The notes below the pieces were generated by a model that saw only the letters and a list, made by a program, of their open reading frames with translations, did no database searches and was not told where the DNA came from. Source: Granulosicoccaceae bacterium (GTDB taxonomy: Bacteria; Pseudomonadota; Gammaproteobacteria; CALCKW01). From it: 63,809 nucleotides of DNA. Made by a program: the position numbers and the translations under genes. Position 1 is the first letter of the stretch. Each line of letters begins with the position of its first letter. Below, one piece after another: positions 30,201 through 38,912 of the stretch. The stretch spans positions 1 through 63,809 of the forward strand of contig JAWSVD010000004.1 of NCBI GenBank assembly GCA_033852095.1. The letters are read 5' to 3'.

Positions 30201-30471
30201 TCGCGCCACCTTCGTAGGCGACCGTGGTGACTTTCTTGACGCCCTCGATCGATTCCAGCTCTTTTTCAAGTGGCCGGACCAACATGCGGTCCGAGTCCTG
30301 GGGTGAGATGCCCTCCAGGTCGACGTTGGTGTAGATAAGCGGAATATCAACGTCCGGGTCAGCTTCTTTGGGGATGTTGATGTAGGTCATGGTCCCGGTG
30401 ATCAACAGCAGCGTCAGCACCATTAACACTGTGCGAGCGTGGTCAACCGCGGAACTGATCAATGCATTCAT
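27292..30471 (-). CDS. RND efflux transporter permease (AcrB/AcrD/AcrF family)
   Basis: 1059 aa; GMLVDGAIVVTE, IIASTATTLAAFMPL, GIVVNNNIVLID, RLRPVLLTT. Confidence 0.95.
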   Translation of the reverse strand: MNALISSAVDHARTVLMVLTLLLITGTMTYINIPKEADPDVDIPLIYTNVDLEGISPQDSDRMLVRPLEKELESIEGVKKVTTVAYEGGANVTLEFDAGFDADGALDDVREAVDKAKGDLPDAAEDPTVHEINTSQFPQLVIGLGGPVPERALYAIADQLQDVLEAIPGVLEAEITGKREEMVEIIVDPLVLESYAISQLDLMNAVARNNELVAAGVLDSGVGRLSIKVPGVIESAQELFDLPLKSVGGRVVRMKDVAEVRRVFKDPESFARVGGQPSVTLEITKRSGSNVIAAIDEIKVRIAELQKSWPQALEVSYFGDKSTDIRNMLKDLQNNVLSAVLLVVVVVIAALGVRSAGLVAVAIPGSFVIGMLVLDMLGLTVNIVVLFSLIMAVGMLVDGAIVVTEFADRRMLARVPRAMAYKQAAQRMAWPIIASTATTLAAFMPLLFWPGVMGEFMKFLPITLIATLSASLLMALIFVPTLGGLIGKTRLINSDALANMANAERGNLKKITGFTGHYVSFLAWAIRFPLSMLLLVVALLFAIGVGYSKFGKGTEFFPDVEPTQAVMSIKARGDLAVRERDVILRRVEQQLLAVPEIRTAYTRTLLDDNDIIAQAILEFEDWDKRERRVDEVLEELRGLQDTIPGLHVELQKQGSGPGGDEKPIQLAFSSPDPALTMDMVARAQQWMIENGGYTDIETSLPLPGLDWNVKVNREEAGRYGADINLIGTFVQLITAGVKLSTYRPDDSNEELDIRVRFPPEHRQLSQLEDLRISAQNGYVPLGNFATVEPSQKVAVLKRLDGNLVFRLKAAPAARDGENVVNLGQLANTRLAELHEAAEDMGLDPRVSIIFEGQDEEQQETMEFLLNAMLVALFIMAIILVTQFNSFYQAMLVLTAVILSLGGVFMGLLITGEAFGIIMTGVGVISLAGIVVNNNIVLIDTFNVMRNEGMAIYEAVLRTGAQRLRPVLLTTITTVLGLMPMVLKMNIDLFGQEISFGAPSTQWWSQLATAVAGGLTFSTILTLVLTPCLLALKASKEEKAAYNLAAKAPIRVPAAAVTAK

Positions 30472-30489
30472 GTGGGGTTCGCTCGATTC

Positions 30490-31578
30490 TTATTCGGAGA
30501 CTGCAGCGGTTTTGCTCTGGCTTTCATCGACGGGATCAACCAGATCACCGTGGTGCACAAAACCTTGTCCCAGCGTGATAATACGGGCGTTGTCAGGTAT
30601 GCCACTGACCCAGATGCCGTCTGTTTCGCTGCGCACCAGATCGACATCAAAGAGCGCGACCTTGTTGTCATCGTCTACGGTGGCGACTTGAATGTCACCT
30701 TCCGCACTCAGGGCCAGCAAGGAGGGCGATATCTTGTAGGCGCTCTCAGTGCGCAGCAGAATTTTCATTTGTGTGGTCATGCCCGCGACGAGATCCCCGG
30801 CGCTGTTGGGCAGGGTGACTTCAACCCTGAAGGTGCGTGTGGTGTCGTCGGCAAAGGGCGAGATATAGGTGATTTCACCCTCAATACGCTCACCGCTTAG
30901 CATCGTGACACTGGCCTTTCCCCCCAGTTTGATCTCGGCCACGTTTCTCTCTGCAACGTCACCCACCGCCCGTATAGGGTCTAGATCGATCAGCGTAGCG
31001 ATGGGTCTACCCACCTGCATGAAATCACCGATTTCGGCGTGGTGGTCAGCCACCATGCCGTCAAAGGGCGCCAGCACGGCGCTTTTGCTCAGTTCTTTCT
31101 CGTATTGCTCAACCTGTGCGGTGGCAGCGAGCAGCGCCGCGTAAGCCATGGCTTTATCGTTTTTGGTGTTCACGCCCTGTTTGAGCAGTTTCGCCTGAGC
31201 TCTGTAGGTCAACTGCGCGCTGTTTTGTTCGGCTTGGGCGCCTTTTAGCGCCGCCTCTACGCTGCCCGCGTCTATCTGGGCAATGGGCTCGCCTTTTTTC
31301 ACGATGGCGCCGCGTTTGGCTGCAAACGACAACAGAATCCCATCCAGTTCGGAGGCGATTTCCCCTTTAAGATTGGGTTCAGTGCGGCCGGTGAACACCA
31401 GCTCTAACTCTGTGGGCTGGGCCGAGAAGTTGCGTACCTGTACTTTCTGCAGCTGCTTTGTCTGTTCGGTACTTGCATCGGTGTTGTCCGCATCGGGCAG
31501 GGGTATCACCATCCATAACGCCACCAAAACAATCAACATCAAAGAGATGAGATAGGGGCGTTCCGAGATAAAACGCAT
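30490..31578 (-). CDS. RND membrane fusion protein (periplasmic adaptor)
   Basis: N-terminal TM helix; G.IVKKGEPIAQID lipoyl half; APFDG, TRTFRVE, LVAGM; upstream of the RND gene. Confidence 0.92.
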   Translation of the reverse strand: MRFISERPYLISLMLIVLVALWMVIPLPDADNTDASTEQTKQLQKVQVRNFSAQPTELELVFTGRTEPNLKGEIASELDGILLSFAAKRGAIVKKGEPIAQIDAGSVEAALKGAQAEQNSAQLTYRAQAKLLKQGVNTKNDKAMAYAALLAATAQVEQYEKELSKSAVLAPFDGMVADHHAEIGDFMQVGRPIATLIDLDPIRAVGDVAERNVAEIKLGGKASVTMLSGERIEGEITYISPFADDTTRTFRVEVTLPNSAGDLVAGMTTQMKILLRTESAYKISPSLLALSAEGDIQVATVDDDNKVALFDVDLVRSETDGIWVSGIPDNARIITLGQGFVHHGDLVDPVDESQSKTAAVSE

Positions 31579-31979
31579 AGGTTTTTCCTTTAAATTGCGT
31601 CAGTGCTGGCAAATGAATCTGGACCGAATTCGGGCCGCGTTGTTCAACGAACAACAGCCTTCCAGTCGGTGAGAACTTCTCTGCCAGTGTTTAAAATTTT
31701 GTGAGCAGCGTCTCTACAGCGGCTCAGTTTACCCGCTCAATAGCGGCTTTAACCGCTGCCACGTCACACTGTGCCGCTGCACAGTGGCCCCAACTGGGGT
31801 TTTCGCATACAAGTGGCGTGCCGCTGCGCGATAAAAGCAGCCTGTGGCGGGCAGTGGTTCACAAGATAGGGTAAACAAAGCGCGTTTAGTAGTCGCATCT
31901 TGTAACGATTTGTAACATATGCTCCGAGCTCAGGGCTGTGCTCGGCGACCTGGGCCAAGCAGTTCAACAAGCCGCTTGA

Positions 31980-34136
31980 TCAGGTGTTTTTAATCAGCAC
32001 ATGGGCCTGTTGTCTCGCCGTGACCCGGCCAATCACCATGTAGTCGTCGAACTGCTCGCACAGGGATTGGGCACGCTCGGCGGGCAGCGCGGCGAGCAAA
32101 CCGCCACTGGTCTGCGGGTCGAGCAGTAAATCCAGCCAGCCGATGGGGCATTGATCGCCGCCCGCGCAAAACGACAGGCGCGAGGCCATGGCAGGGTACA
32201 GGCTGGAGCGCCAACCGGATGCGCTGAGCGCCAAACTGCCCGACAGCAGCGGGACAGCCGGGGCCTGCAATACCGCGGAGTAATCGCCCGCATCGCCTAG
32301 CATTTCGAGCAGGTGGCCGAGCAAACCAAAACCCGACACATCGGTCACCGCGTGCGGCTTGTGTTGCGCCAGTGCGTGGGATGCTGAGCGGTTGGAGCTG
32401 CACATGCTGTGCAGCGCCGCCTGTACTGCCGTTGCGGGCGCTTGCGCCTGCATATCTGCCGCAAAAATAACGCCGGTGCCTATGCCCTTGTTGAGCACCA
32501 AGGCGTCGCCGAGCTGCAGGCCCGTCTTTCCCCATTGGCCTTGGTGGGCGACCGCCCCGGTCACGGCGATGCCGACGCTGCAGTCCATGGACTCGCTGCT
32601 GTGGCCGCCGGCCAGGGTGGCGTGGTTGAGCGCCAGTGATTCGGCGATGCCCTGCATCAGGGCGCGGTGATCACGTGCTTGTAACCGTGGGTGCGCGATG
32701 GTGGTGCTGACCCACACGTGCGCGGCCAGGGGTTCGCCGCCCATGGCGTAGACATCGTTCAACGAGTGTTCGGTGGCGGCGCGGCCCACCAGGTACAGGT
32801 CGTCACAAAAAGCTCTGAAGCCGTCGATGCTCTGCACCAGCGCTTTTCCCGCGGGCGGGATCAAGGTGCTCGCGTCCTCGGCTTTTGACAGCGCAGGTTT
32901 GATTTCATCGCGCCTGTAGATTGGCAAGCCAGCCAGGCCCTCAGTCAACAAATCAGGGCCCAGCTTGCCGCCACAGCCGCCACAGTGGGGCTTGTCCAGC
33001 TCGGGCGGCGGCATGGGCCGCGGCGTACCCAGTTGCTGGAATTTGCGCATAAAAGCGCGGTCGATGTGGTCTTTGACGCGCCACACGGCATGACCTGAGA
33101 AGGCGATGCCGTGGCGACTGCCGGTCGCCTGCTTGCCGCCGAGCGACAAGAGCGAGAGGTACTGAGATTGAAGTTTGATGGGCTTGAGCGCTTGTCCCAA
33201 ACTGAGGCGGCGCAGGTTGGCTTCCAGCAGCGGCGCTTGGCGCACGGCGTAGACGCCGGCCTTGGGCCGGGGATCGTCGCGCAGGTGGGCGATATCACCG
33301 CAGGCGAATACCCCGGGGTGCGACACGCTTTGTAGCTGTGCGTCGACGCTGACAAAGCCGTCGCTGTCGGTGAGCAGGCCCGATTCGCTCAGCCAGGCGG
33401 GCGCGGTGGCACCGGCGCACCACACGCTTTGATCCAGATCGAGGCGTTGCCCTGACACGGCGGCTATGCCCGCGCTGTCTGTGGCTGCAACATCGAAGCC
33501 CGCATGGCATTGCACGCCGTAGGATTTCAACGCCGCCTCTGCTGCGCTCACCGCGCGCGCGGGATAACCTTTGAGAATGCGCTCACCGCGAAAAACCAAG
33601 TGCAAACAAGCTGTGGCTTGGCCCTGCAGCCGATGCGCCATGGCCAGCACGAGCTCGACTCCCGCGGCGCCCGCACCGATCACGCCCCAGTGAGCAGGCC
33701 TCGCGTCTGCGGTTTGAGCGAGCAGTTGCTGCCACTGGCTGTGGAAGCCGGACACGGGTTTCACCCCGATGACATGATCGGGGAGATCACCCTCCGGCAG
33801 TTTGGAGCTGGAGCCTATGTCCAGTGACACCGTATCAAAGTTGACGGGCGGGCGCTGTGCGAACAACAGCTGCTGCTCTTCCAGATCCAGGCCAATGACC
33901 TTGTCTTCTATCCAGCGCACCCCCGCCCAGCGGCACAGCTGGTTGAGGTCTATATGAGCTTGTTCGCGGCTGTAGTGCCCGGCGACCCAGCCGGGCAACA
34001 TGCCGGAGTAGGCTGTTAGCGCCTTCTCCGAGATCAGCGTCAGGCGGGTCTGCGGGATTGGCTTCATCGCCAGGCGCCGGACGATCAGGGCGTGGCTGTG
34101 GCCACCGCCCACCAGCACCAGATCTTGTTCATTCAC
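31980..34136 (-). CDS. selD: Selenide,water dikinase SelD fused to an N-terminal FAD-dependent pyridine-nucleotide oxidoreductase domain
   Basis: N-terminal LVLVGGGHSH, YSGMLPG, GAGAAG, GD, RPKAGVYAVR; then CGGCGGK, EDAS, QSIDGF, NDVYAMGG, GGHS, TDVSGFGLLGHL, DPQTSGGLL. Probable GTG start at 34136 overlapping the selU stop (GTGA). Confidence 0.92.
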   Translation of the reverse strand: MNEQDLVLVGGGHSHALIVRRLAMKPIPQTRLTLISEKALTAYSGMLPGWVAGHYSREQAHIDLNQLCRWAGVRWIEDKVIGLDLEEQQLLFAQRPPVNFDTVSLDIGSSSKLPEGDLPDHVIGVKPVSGFHSQWQQLLAQTADARPAHWGVIGAGAAGVELVLAMAHRLQGQATACLHLVFRGERILKGYPARAVSAAEAALKSYGVQCHAGFDVAATDSAGIAAVSGQRLDLDQSVWCAGATAPAWLSESGLLTDSDGFVSVDAQLQSVSHPGVFACGDIAHLRDDPRPKAGVYAVRQAPLLEANLRRLSLGQALKPIKLQSQYLSLLSLGGKQATGSRHGIAFSGHAVWRVKDHIDRAFMRKFQQLGTPRPMPPPELDKPHCGGCGGKLGPDLLTEGLAGLPIYRRDEIKPALSKAEDASTLIPPAGKALVQSIDGFRAFCDDLYLVGRAATEHSLNDVYAMGGEPLAAHVWVSTTIAHPRLQARDHRALMQGIAESLALNHATLAGGHSSESMDCSVGIAVTGAVAHQGQWGKTGLQLGDALVLNKGIGTGVIFAADMQAQAPATAVQAALHSMCSSNRSASHALAQHKPHAVTDVSGFGLLGHLLEMLGDAGDYSAVLQAPAVPLLSGSLALSASGWRSSLYPAMASRLSFCAGGDQCPIGWLDLLLDPQTSGGLLAALPAERAQSLCEQFDDYMVIGRVTARQQAHVLIKNT

Positions 34137-35239
34137 GACTGGGCGTCCACCGACTGCGTGTCCGCCAGCCACTGCAATATCTCGCTGCGATTGCCGCGAA
34201 ACACGGCCCGCGCTTCGCGATCACTCATTTTGTGGGCGTAGAGCTTGTCGTAATACTCACTTAACAAGGTGCCGATGATCTGATCAAAGCCGCCCCAGTC
34301 ATCATGGTCACGCAGTGCAGCCACGGCCCCGGCAACAGTGGCGCTGAGCTTGTCGCAGCGCTCGCCGCCCAAGCGCTTGCGAATGCGCTGCAAATTGGCG
34401 ACTACGTGCGCGTCCAATGCGGACCAGGGGTCCTCGGGCGCAAGCTGCTGGAAGTGCTTGAGCGCATGGGACACATAGTCCCCACGCAGCAGTTCGACGC
34501 GGTCTCGCAGCGGCATTTCCAAAACCACCACAGGGGCTTGCACCATGGCGTCCTGCAGGTGTTGCGGCAGGTAGATACGACCGATCAAGTGGGATTCCGC
34601 CTCGACCAGTACTGGGGCGTCGCTGATGGCCTGTCGTTTGTGCCAGTCGATGGCCAGGGTGTTCTCCCAGGACACTTGCGCCGGCTGTGGCACGAAGGTG
34701 CCGCCAAAGGCGCTGCCACGGTGCAGAGCTTTGCCCTCCAGGTCCAATGACTGTGGCCACTGCTGGATCAGCAGCGTCTTGCCGACCCCTGTCGCGCCGG
34801 CCAGCAGCAGCATGGGGGCTGTCGCGCTGAGGGATTCGAAGCGCTGAATCAAGAATTGGCGCATGGCCTTGTATCCGCCGCTGACCAGCGGCACTTCGGT
34901 GCCGGCATCCGCCAGCCACTGCTGCGTTGTGCGCGAGCGCAGGCCGCCTCTGAAACAATAGAGGTGGCAGCCGGGATTCGCCGCAATATAGCGCTGCCAT
35001 TCGGCCAGTCGTTGTTCGCGAATAGCAGGCGTGGCGAGTTCGAGCCCCAGCGCAATCGCCGCATCCTGGCCCTTGTCCGCATATCGCGTGCCTATATCGT
35101 GGCGCTGTTCGTCGTCGAGGATGGGGATGTTGGTGGCATGAGGGTAGGCCCCTTTGGCAAACTCTACGGGTGCGCGTACATCCAACAGTGGAGTGTCTTG
35201 CAGGAACAGCTGAGAGTAATCGTCGGTGCTTGCAAGCAC
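34133..35239 (-). CDS. selU: tRNA 2-selenouridine synthase
   Basis: DVRAPVEFAKG, rhodanese loop YCFRGGLRS, GGYKA, P-loop GATGVGKT, DLEG.A.HRGSAFG, EAESHLIG, RKRLGG, YYD.LY; adjacent to selD. Confidence 0.95.
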   Translation of the reverse strand: MLASTDDYSQLFLQDTPLLDVRAPVEFAKGAYPHATNIPILDDEQRHDIGTRYADKGQDAAIALGLELATPAIREQRLAEWQRYIAANPGCHLYCFRGGLRSRTTQQWLADAGTEVPLVSGGYKAMRQFLIQRFESLSATAPMLLLAGATGVGKTLLIQQWPQSLDLEGKALHRGSAFGGTFVPQPAQVSWENTLAIDWHKRQAISDAPVLVEAESHLIGRIYLPQHLQDAMVQAPVVVLEMPLRDRVELLRGDYVSHALKHFQQLAPEDPWSALDAHVVANLQRIRKRLGGERCDKLSATVAGAVAALRDHDDWGGFDQIIGTLLSEYYDKLYAHKMSDREARAVFRGNRSEILQWLADTQSVDAQS

Positions 35240-35447
35240 AATAAGAGGCCCCTATGGAAAACGTCATTATCACTGATGCGGGGCAGGGTTGACACCTTTG
35301 CTCGCGATTCATGTGCAGGGCCTCGCGCGGGCAGCAAGCGGTGTCCAGGCCCCGCGCTGGACGATAAGCGCCTGCGGGCTCGACATTGGCTGTAAATTGA
35401 GTGAATATCTCTCAACTTTAGACCGGCCACCCCGCGGCGCAATTGTC

Positions 35448-36215
35448 ATGACAGCACCTGTACTTTCTCTGCAGAACATCCACAAGCGTTTCGGCGAGCT
35501 CGAGGTGCTGCACGGTATATCGCTGCAGGCGAACAAAGGTGACGTGATTTCCTTGATCGGCTCATCAGGCTCGGGCAAGAGCACTTTGTTGCGCTGTATC
35601 AACTTGCTTGAAATGCCGGATTCGGGCGAGATAGAGATCGGTGGCGAGCGCATAGGCCTGCAGCTCGACCGGCACGGCAACCGGGTGGCGAGTGACGCGA
35701 AGCAGGTGCAGCAATTGCGCACCCGCGTTGGCATGGTGTTTCAGCAGTTCAATCTCTGGTCGCATCTTACTGTGTTGCAGAATGTGGTCGAGGCGCCGCT
35801 GCGGGTGCTCGGCATGGAGCGGCAGGAGGCTGAACAAGCGGGCATGGAATACCTCGATAAGGTGGGCATAGCCGACAAGGCTGGCAGCTACCCCGCGTTC
35901 CTGTCCGGCGGCCAGCAACAGCGTGCGGCCATCGCCCGAGCCCTCGCCATGCGGCCTGATGTTATTCTGTTTGACGAGCCGACTTCGGCACTTGACCCTG
36001 AACTCGTGGGCGAGGTGCTCAGTGTCATGCGCAAATTGGCCGACGAGGGCACCACCATGATCACGGTGACGCACGAGATGAATTTTGCACGCGATGTGTG
36101 CAATCACGTTGTGTATCTGCACCAAGGTTTAATTGAAGAGGCGGGTGATCCACAGCGTGTGTTTGCTCAGCCATCTTCCCCGAGGTTGCAACAGTTTTTA
36201 TCCAACAGTGCGTGA
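35448..36215 (+). CDS. Polar amino acid ABC transporter ATP-binding protein (HisP/AotP-like)
   Basis: GSSGSGKST, LSGGQQQRAAIARALAM, FDEPTSALDPELVGEV, VTHEMNFA. Likely start ATG 35448. Confidence 0.93.
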   Translation: MTAPVLSLQNIHKRFGELEVLHGISLQANKGDVISLIGSSGSGKSTLLRCINLLEMPDSGEIEIGGERIGLQLDRHGNRVASDAKQVQQLRTRVGMVFQQFNLWSHLTVLQNVVEAPLRVLGMERQEAEQAGMEYLDKVGIADKAGSYPAFLSGGQQQRAAIARALAMRPDVILFDEPTSALDPELVGEVLSVMRKLADEGTTMITVTHEMNFARDVCNHVVYLHQGLIEEAGDPQRVFAQPSSPRLQQFLSNSA

Positions 36216-36260
36216 TTCGGATGCGCCTGGCTACATGATTATCCGAACTGGAGACTACTT

Positions 36261-37010
36261 ATGATGAAGAAAACTTTGTTGGCGCTTGGCGCAACTTGTC
36301 TGATGGGCAGCACCGCGATTGCCGATACCGTTCGCATTGGCACCGAGGGCGCTTACGCCCCTTGGAACTACCTCGATGACAGCGGCAAATTGGCCGGCTA
36401 CGAGATTGATCTGGGCATGGCACTCTGTGAGCGCGCAGAGCTCAGCTGCGAAATGGTAGCCAATGAGTGGGACAGCATCATCCCCAATCTGCTGGCGGGC
36501 AACTACGACATGATCATGGCTGGCATGAACATCACGGAAGAGCGCAGTCAAACGATTCTATTCAGTGAGCACTACTACCCACCTGATCCTTCGCGTTTTA
36601 TCGCCGCGGCGGGCAGTGAGTTCGATTTCGACAGCCTCAAAGGGCTGAAGATCGGTGCCCAAGGTGCCACTGTGCAGGCTGACTATGTTGAAAAGACATT
36701 CAGCGCTGACAATTCTATCTTGAGCTACGAGACACCCGATCAATCGGTTGCTGATCTGATGGCGGGCAACATTGATCTGCTGTTGGCCGACAACGCCTTT
36801 TTGGAGCCTATCGTCAGCGGTGCTGCTGGTGCGGTTGAGTTCGTCGGTGAAGGCGTGTCTATTGGTGGTGGTGTGGCGATCGGCATGCGCCAAGAAGACG
36901 GCGAGCTGCAAGAGAAGATTGCCGCTGCTCTCGACGCCTTGAAAGCAGACGGTACGGTCGACAAGCTCATCGCTGAGTATTTTGAGAAAGGCCCTTTCTA
37001 CAAGCAGTGA
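36261..37010 (+). CDS. Polar amino acid ABC transporter substrate-binding protein (SBP family 3)
   Basis: Signal peptide; IGTEGAYAPWN, GYEIDL, WDSIIPNL, MNITEER. Confidence 0.93.
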   Translation: MMKKTLLALGATCLMGSTAIADTVRIGTEGAYAPWNYLDDSGKLAGYEIDLGMALCERAELSCEMVANEWDSIIPNLLAGNYDMIMAGMNITEERSQTILFSEHYYPPDPSRFIAAAGSEFDFDSLKGLKIGAQGATVQADYVEKTFSADNSILSYETPDQSVADLMAGNIDLLLADNAFLEPIVSGAAGAVEFVGEGVSIGGGVAIGMRQEDGELQEKIAAALDALKADGTVDKLIAEYFEKGPFYKQ

Positions 37011-37061
37011 ACACGCTGCTTCTATAAAGACATGGCTTAGCCAGTGCGTCTAGTGTGCTGG

Positions 37062-37092
37062 CCGGTAGCGGGTGTCTCTCACCCGCTACTGG
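37062..37092 (+). terminator. Intercistronic stem-loop after the binding-protein gene
   Basis: CCGGTAGCGGGTG (37062-37074) pairs with CACCCGCTACTGG (37080-37092); no clear U-tract, so probably an mRNA stabiliser. Confidence 0.55.
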
Positions 37093-37218
37093 TGCTCTGA
37101 CAGTGTGGAAATTGAAGGTTGAAATTGTGTTCAACACTAGGATTGTCACCCAATCAAAAAGTATTCGGATAACCACTGCATCCCAATTTGTCATGCTGTC
37201 TGAGTACTAGGACACACT

Positions 37219-38058
37219 ATGTTAGAAACCATCGGCGCCTGGGTTGGCGGTACGTTCGGCTCAGATGCGCAAGCACTGCTGGCGTACATAAGTAACGGCA
37301 AGCACATGGCCTGGTACGCCAGCGTGCGCTACACCTTGATTGCCGCCTGCGGTGGCGCGCTATTGGCCGTGGTCTTCGGGCTCGCCGGTGCCGCCTTGAA
37401 AAACTCGCGTTTCGCGGTGTTTCGCTTGCTCGGCAGCTTTTACATCACCATTGTCCGTGGTGTGCCTGATGTGTTGTTTTTTCTGTTTTTCCCGCTCGCT
37501 TTTGAACAGGCGGTCGAATACATTTTTGCGCAATCAGCTTGTACCGCAGTGGAGCTGGCTGCCGACGGTCGCTGGCCGCCCTGCAGCGCCGCGCAGTGGT
37601 ATCTGGGCACAAACGAATATTTGTTGCTCGCCTGTGTGTCCTTGGGCTTGGTGTACGGGGCCTTTGCGGCAAACGTGATCCATGGCGCGCTGCGTTCGGT
37701 GCCCCGCGGGCAGTTGGAGGCCGCGCAGGCTTACGGCTTCAGCACGTCAGCCGTGTTCTGGCGTTTCCAAGTACGTCAGATGTGGGTCTACGCACTGCCG
37801 GGCTTGTCTAATGTCTGGATGCTGCTGCTGAAAGCCACGTCCTTGTTATCACTGTTGCAAATTGCCGACATTGTGCAATGGGCTGGGCGCCTCGGTGCGG
37901 CAAACTATATGGCGCGGGTGGGGCCGATTCACCCGGATTGGCGCTGGCGTTATTATTTGGCGCTGTTCGTCTTTTATATTGTCATGGCCATCTTATCTGA
38001 GCGTTTTTTCAACCGTTTGCAAGCGCGCGCGAGTCGCGGCATGTTGCGGGGCACTTAG
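37219..38058 (+). CDS. Polar amino acid ABC transporter permease (HisQ-like)
   Basis: YITIVRGVPD, VPRGQLEAAQAYG, ALPGLSNVW..LLKATSL. Confidence 0.9.
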   Translation: MLETIGAWVGGTFGSDAQALLAYISNGKHMAWYASVRYTLIAACGGALLAVVFGLAGAALKNSRFAVFRLLGSFYITIVRGVPDVLFFLFFPLAFEQAVEYIFAQSACTAVELAADGRWPPCSAAQWYLGTNEYLLLACVSLGLVYGAFAANVIHGALRSVPRGQLEAAQAYGFSTSAVFWRFQVRQMWVYALPGLSNVWMLLLKATSLLSLLQIADIVQWAGRLGAANYMARVGPIHPDWRWRYYLALFVFYIVMAILSERFFNRLQARASRGMLRGT

Positions 38059-38060
38059 CT

Positions 38061-38816
38061 GTGGATTCCTTCATGCAATTGCCGCTGATCAATGACTTGA
38101 TTATCTTGGCCAAACCAGCCCTGTATAATCTGTATTTCGCCGTGATCTCAATACCCTTTGGTTTTCCGCTGGCGATTTTGTTGGCGGTGGCCAAAGCGCA
38201 CAGCAGCCGGTGGTTTTCTATGCCGGCGCGGGCTTATATCTATGCTTTCAGAGGCTCACCTCTTTTCATCCAGTTCTTTATGTTTTATTCCTTTGCACTG
38301 GCTTTGAATTTGAGTCACTGGAAGCCCTGGGGCATTGATCACATCGTGCTGCATCCGCTGTTCCTTGGGCCCTTTGTGCTGGTGCTCAATACCAGCGCCT
38401 ACGCGGCTGAGATATTCTTCGGCGCGCTCAACACTGTGCCGCGTGGTGAGATAGAGGCCGCGAGAGCGGTGGGCATGAGCCGCTGGCAGATATTTCGTAC
38501 GGTCAAATGGCCCAATATGATTCGTTTGGCGTGGCCCGCTTACACCAACGAAGTGGTTTTTCTGTTCCATGCCACGGCGATCGTGTATTTCACCTTGCCG
38601 GTGATAGACGATCAAAAAGACCTGATGAACAAGGCGGGGGAACTCTTTGAGCACGACTACAATATATTCCTGCATTTCAGCGCGGCAGCGCTGTATTTCC
38701 TCGTCATATCAGTGTGTATCTTCTTTGTTTTCAATCTGATTCAGCGCAGGCTGAACAAGCACCTTGTGCCTGAAAAGATAAAGAAAATTCGTTTTCGCCC
38801 CCAATATTTGCGTTAA
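38061..38816 (+). CDS. Polar amino acid ABC transporter permease (HisM-like)
   Basis: FRGSPLFIQ, LNTSAYAAEI, GEIEAARAVGMS, PAYTNEV. Confidence 0.9.
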   Translation: MDSFMQLPLINDLIILAKPALYNLYFAVISIPFGFPLAILLAVAKAHSSRWFSMPARAYIYAFRGSPLFIQFFMFYSFALALNLSHWKPWGIDHIVLHPLFLGPFVLVLNTSAYAAEIFFGALNTVPRGEIEAARAVGMSRWQIFRTVKWPNMIRLAWPAYTNEVVFLFHATAIVYFTLPVIDDQKDLMNKAGELFEHDYNIFLHFSAAALYFLVISVCIFFVFNLIQRRLNKHLVPEKIKKIRFRPQYLR

Positions 38817-38912
38817 TCAATTCGAGCAATATCAAATGCATGACGGGGATTTCATGCGCTGGCATGGTGATGACTGCTAGACTTAAATACTCCTGTATCA
38901 CGAGTTTTTGCA

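Noticed and set aside
31980-34136. Selenocysteine recoding in selD
   Set aside because: The reading frame is uninterrupted and the active-site residue is Cys.
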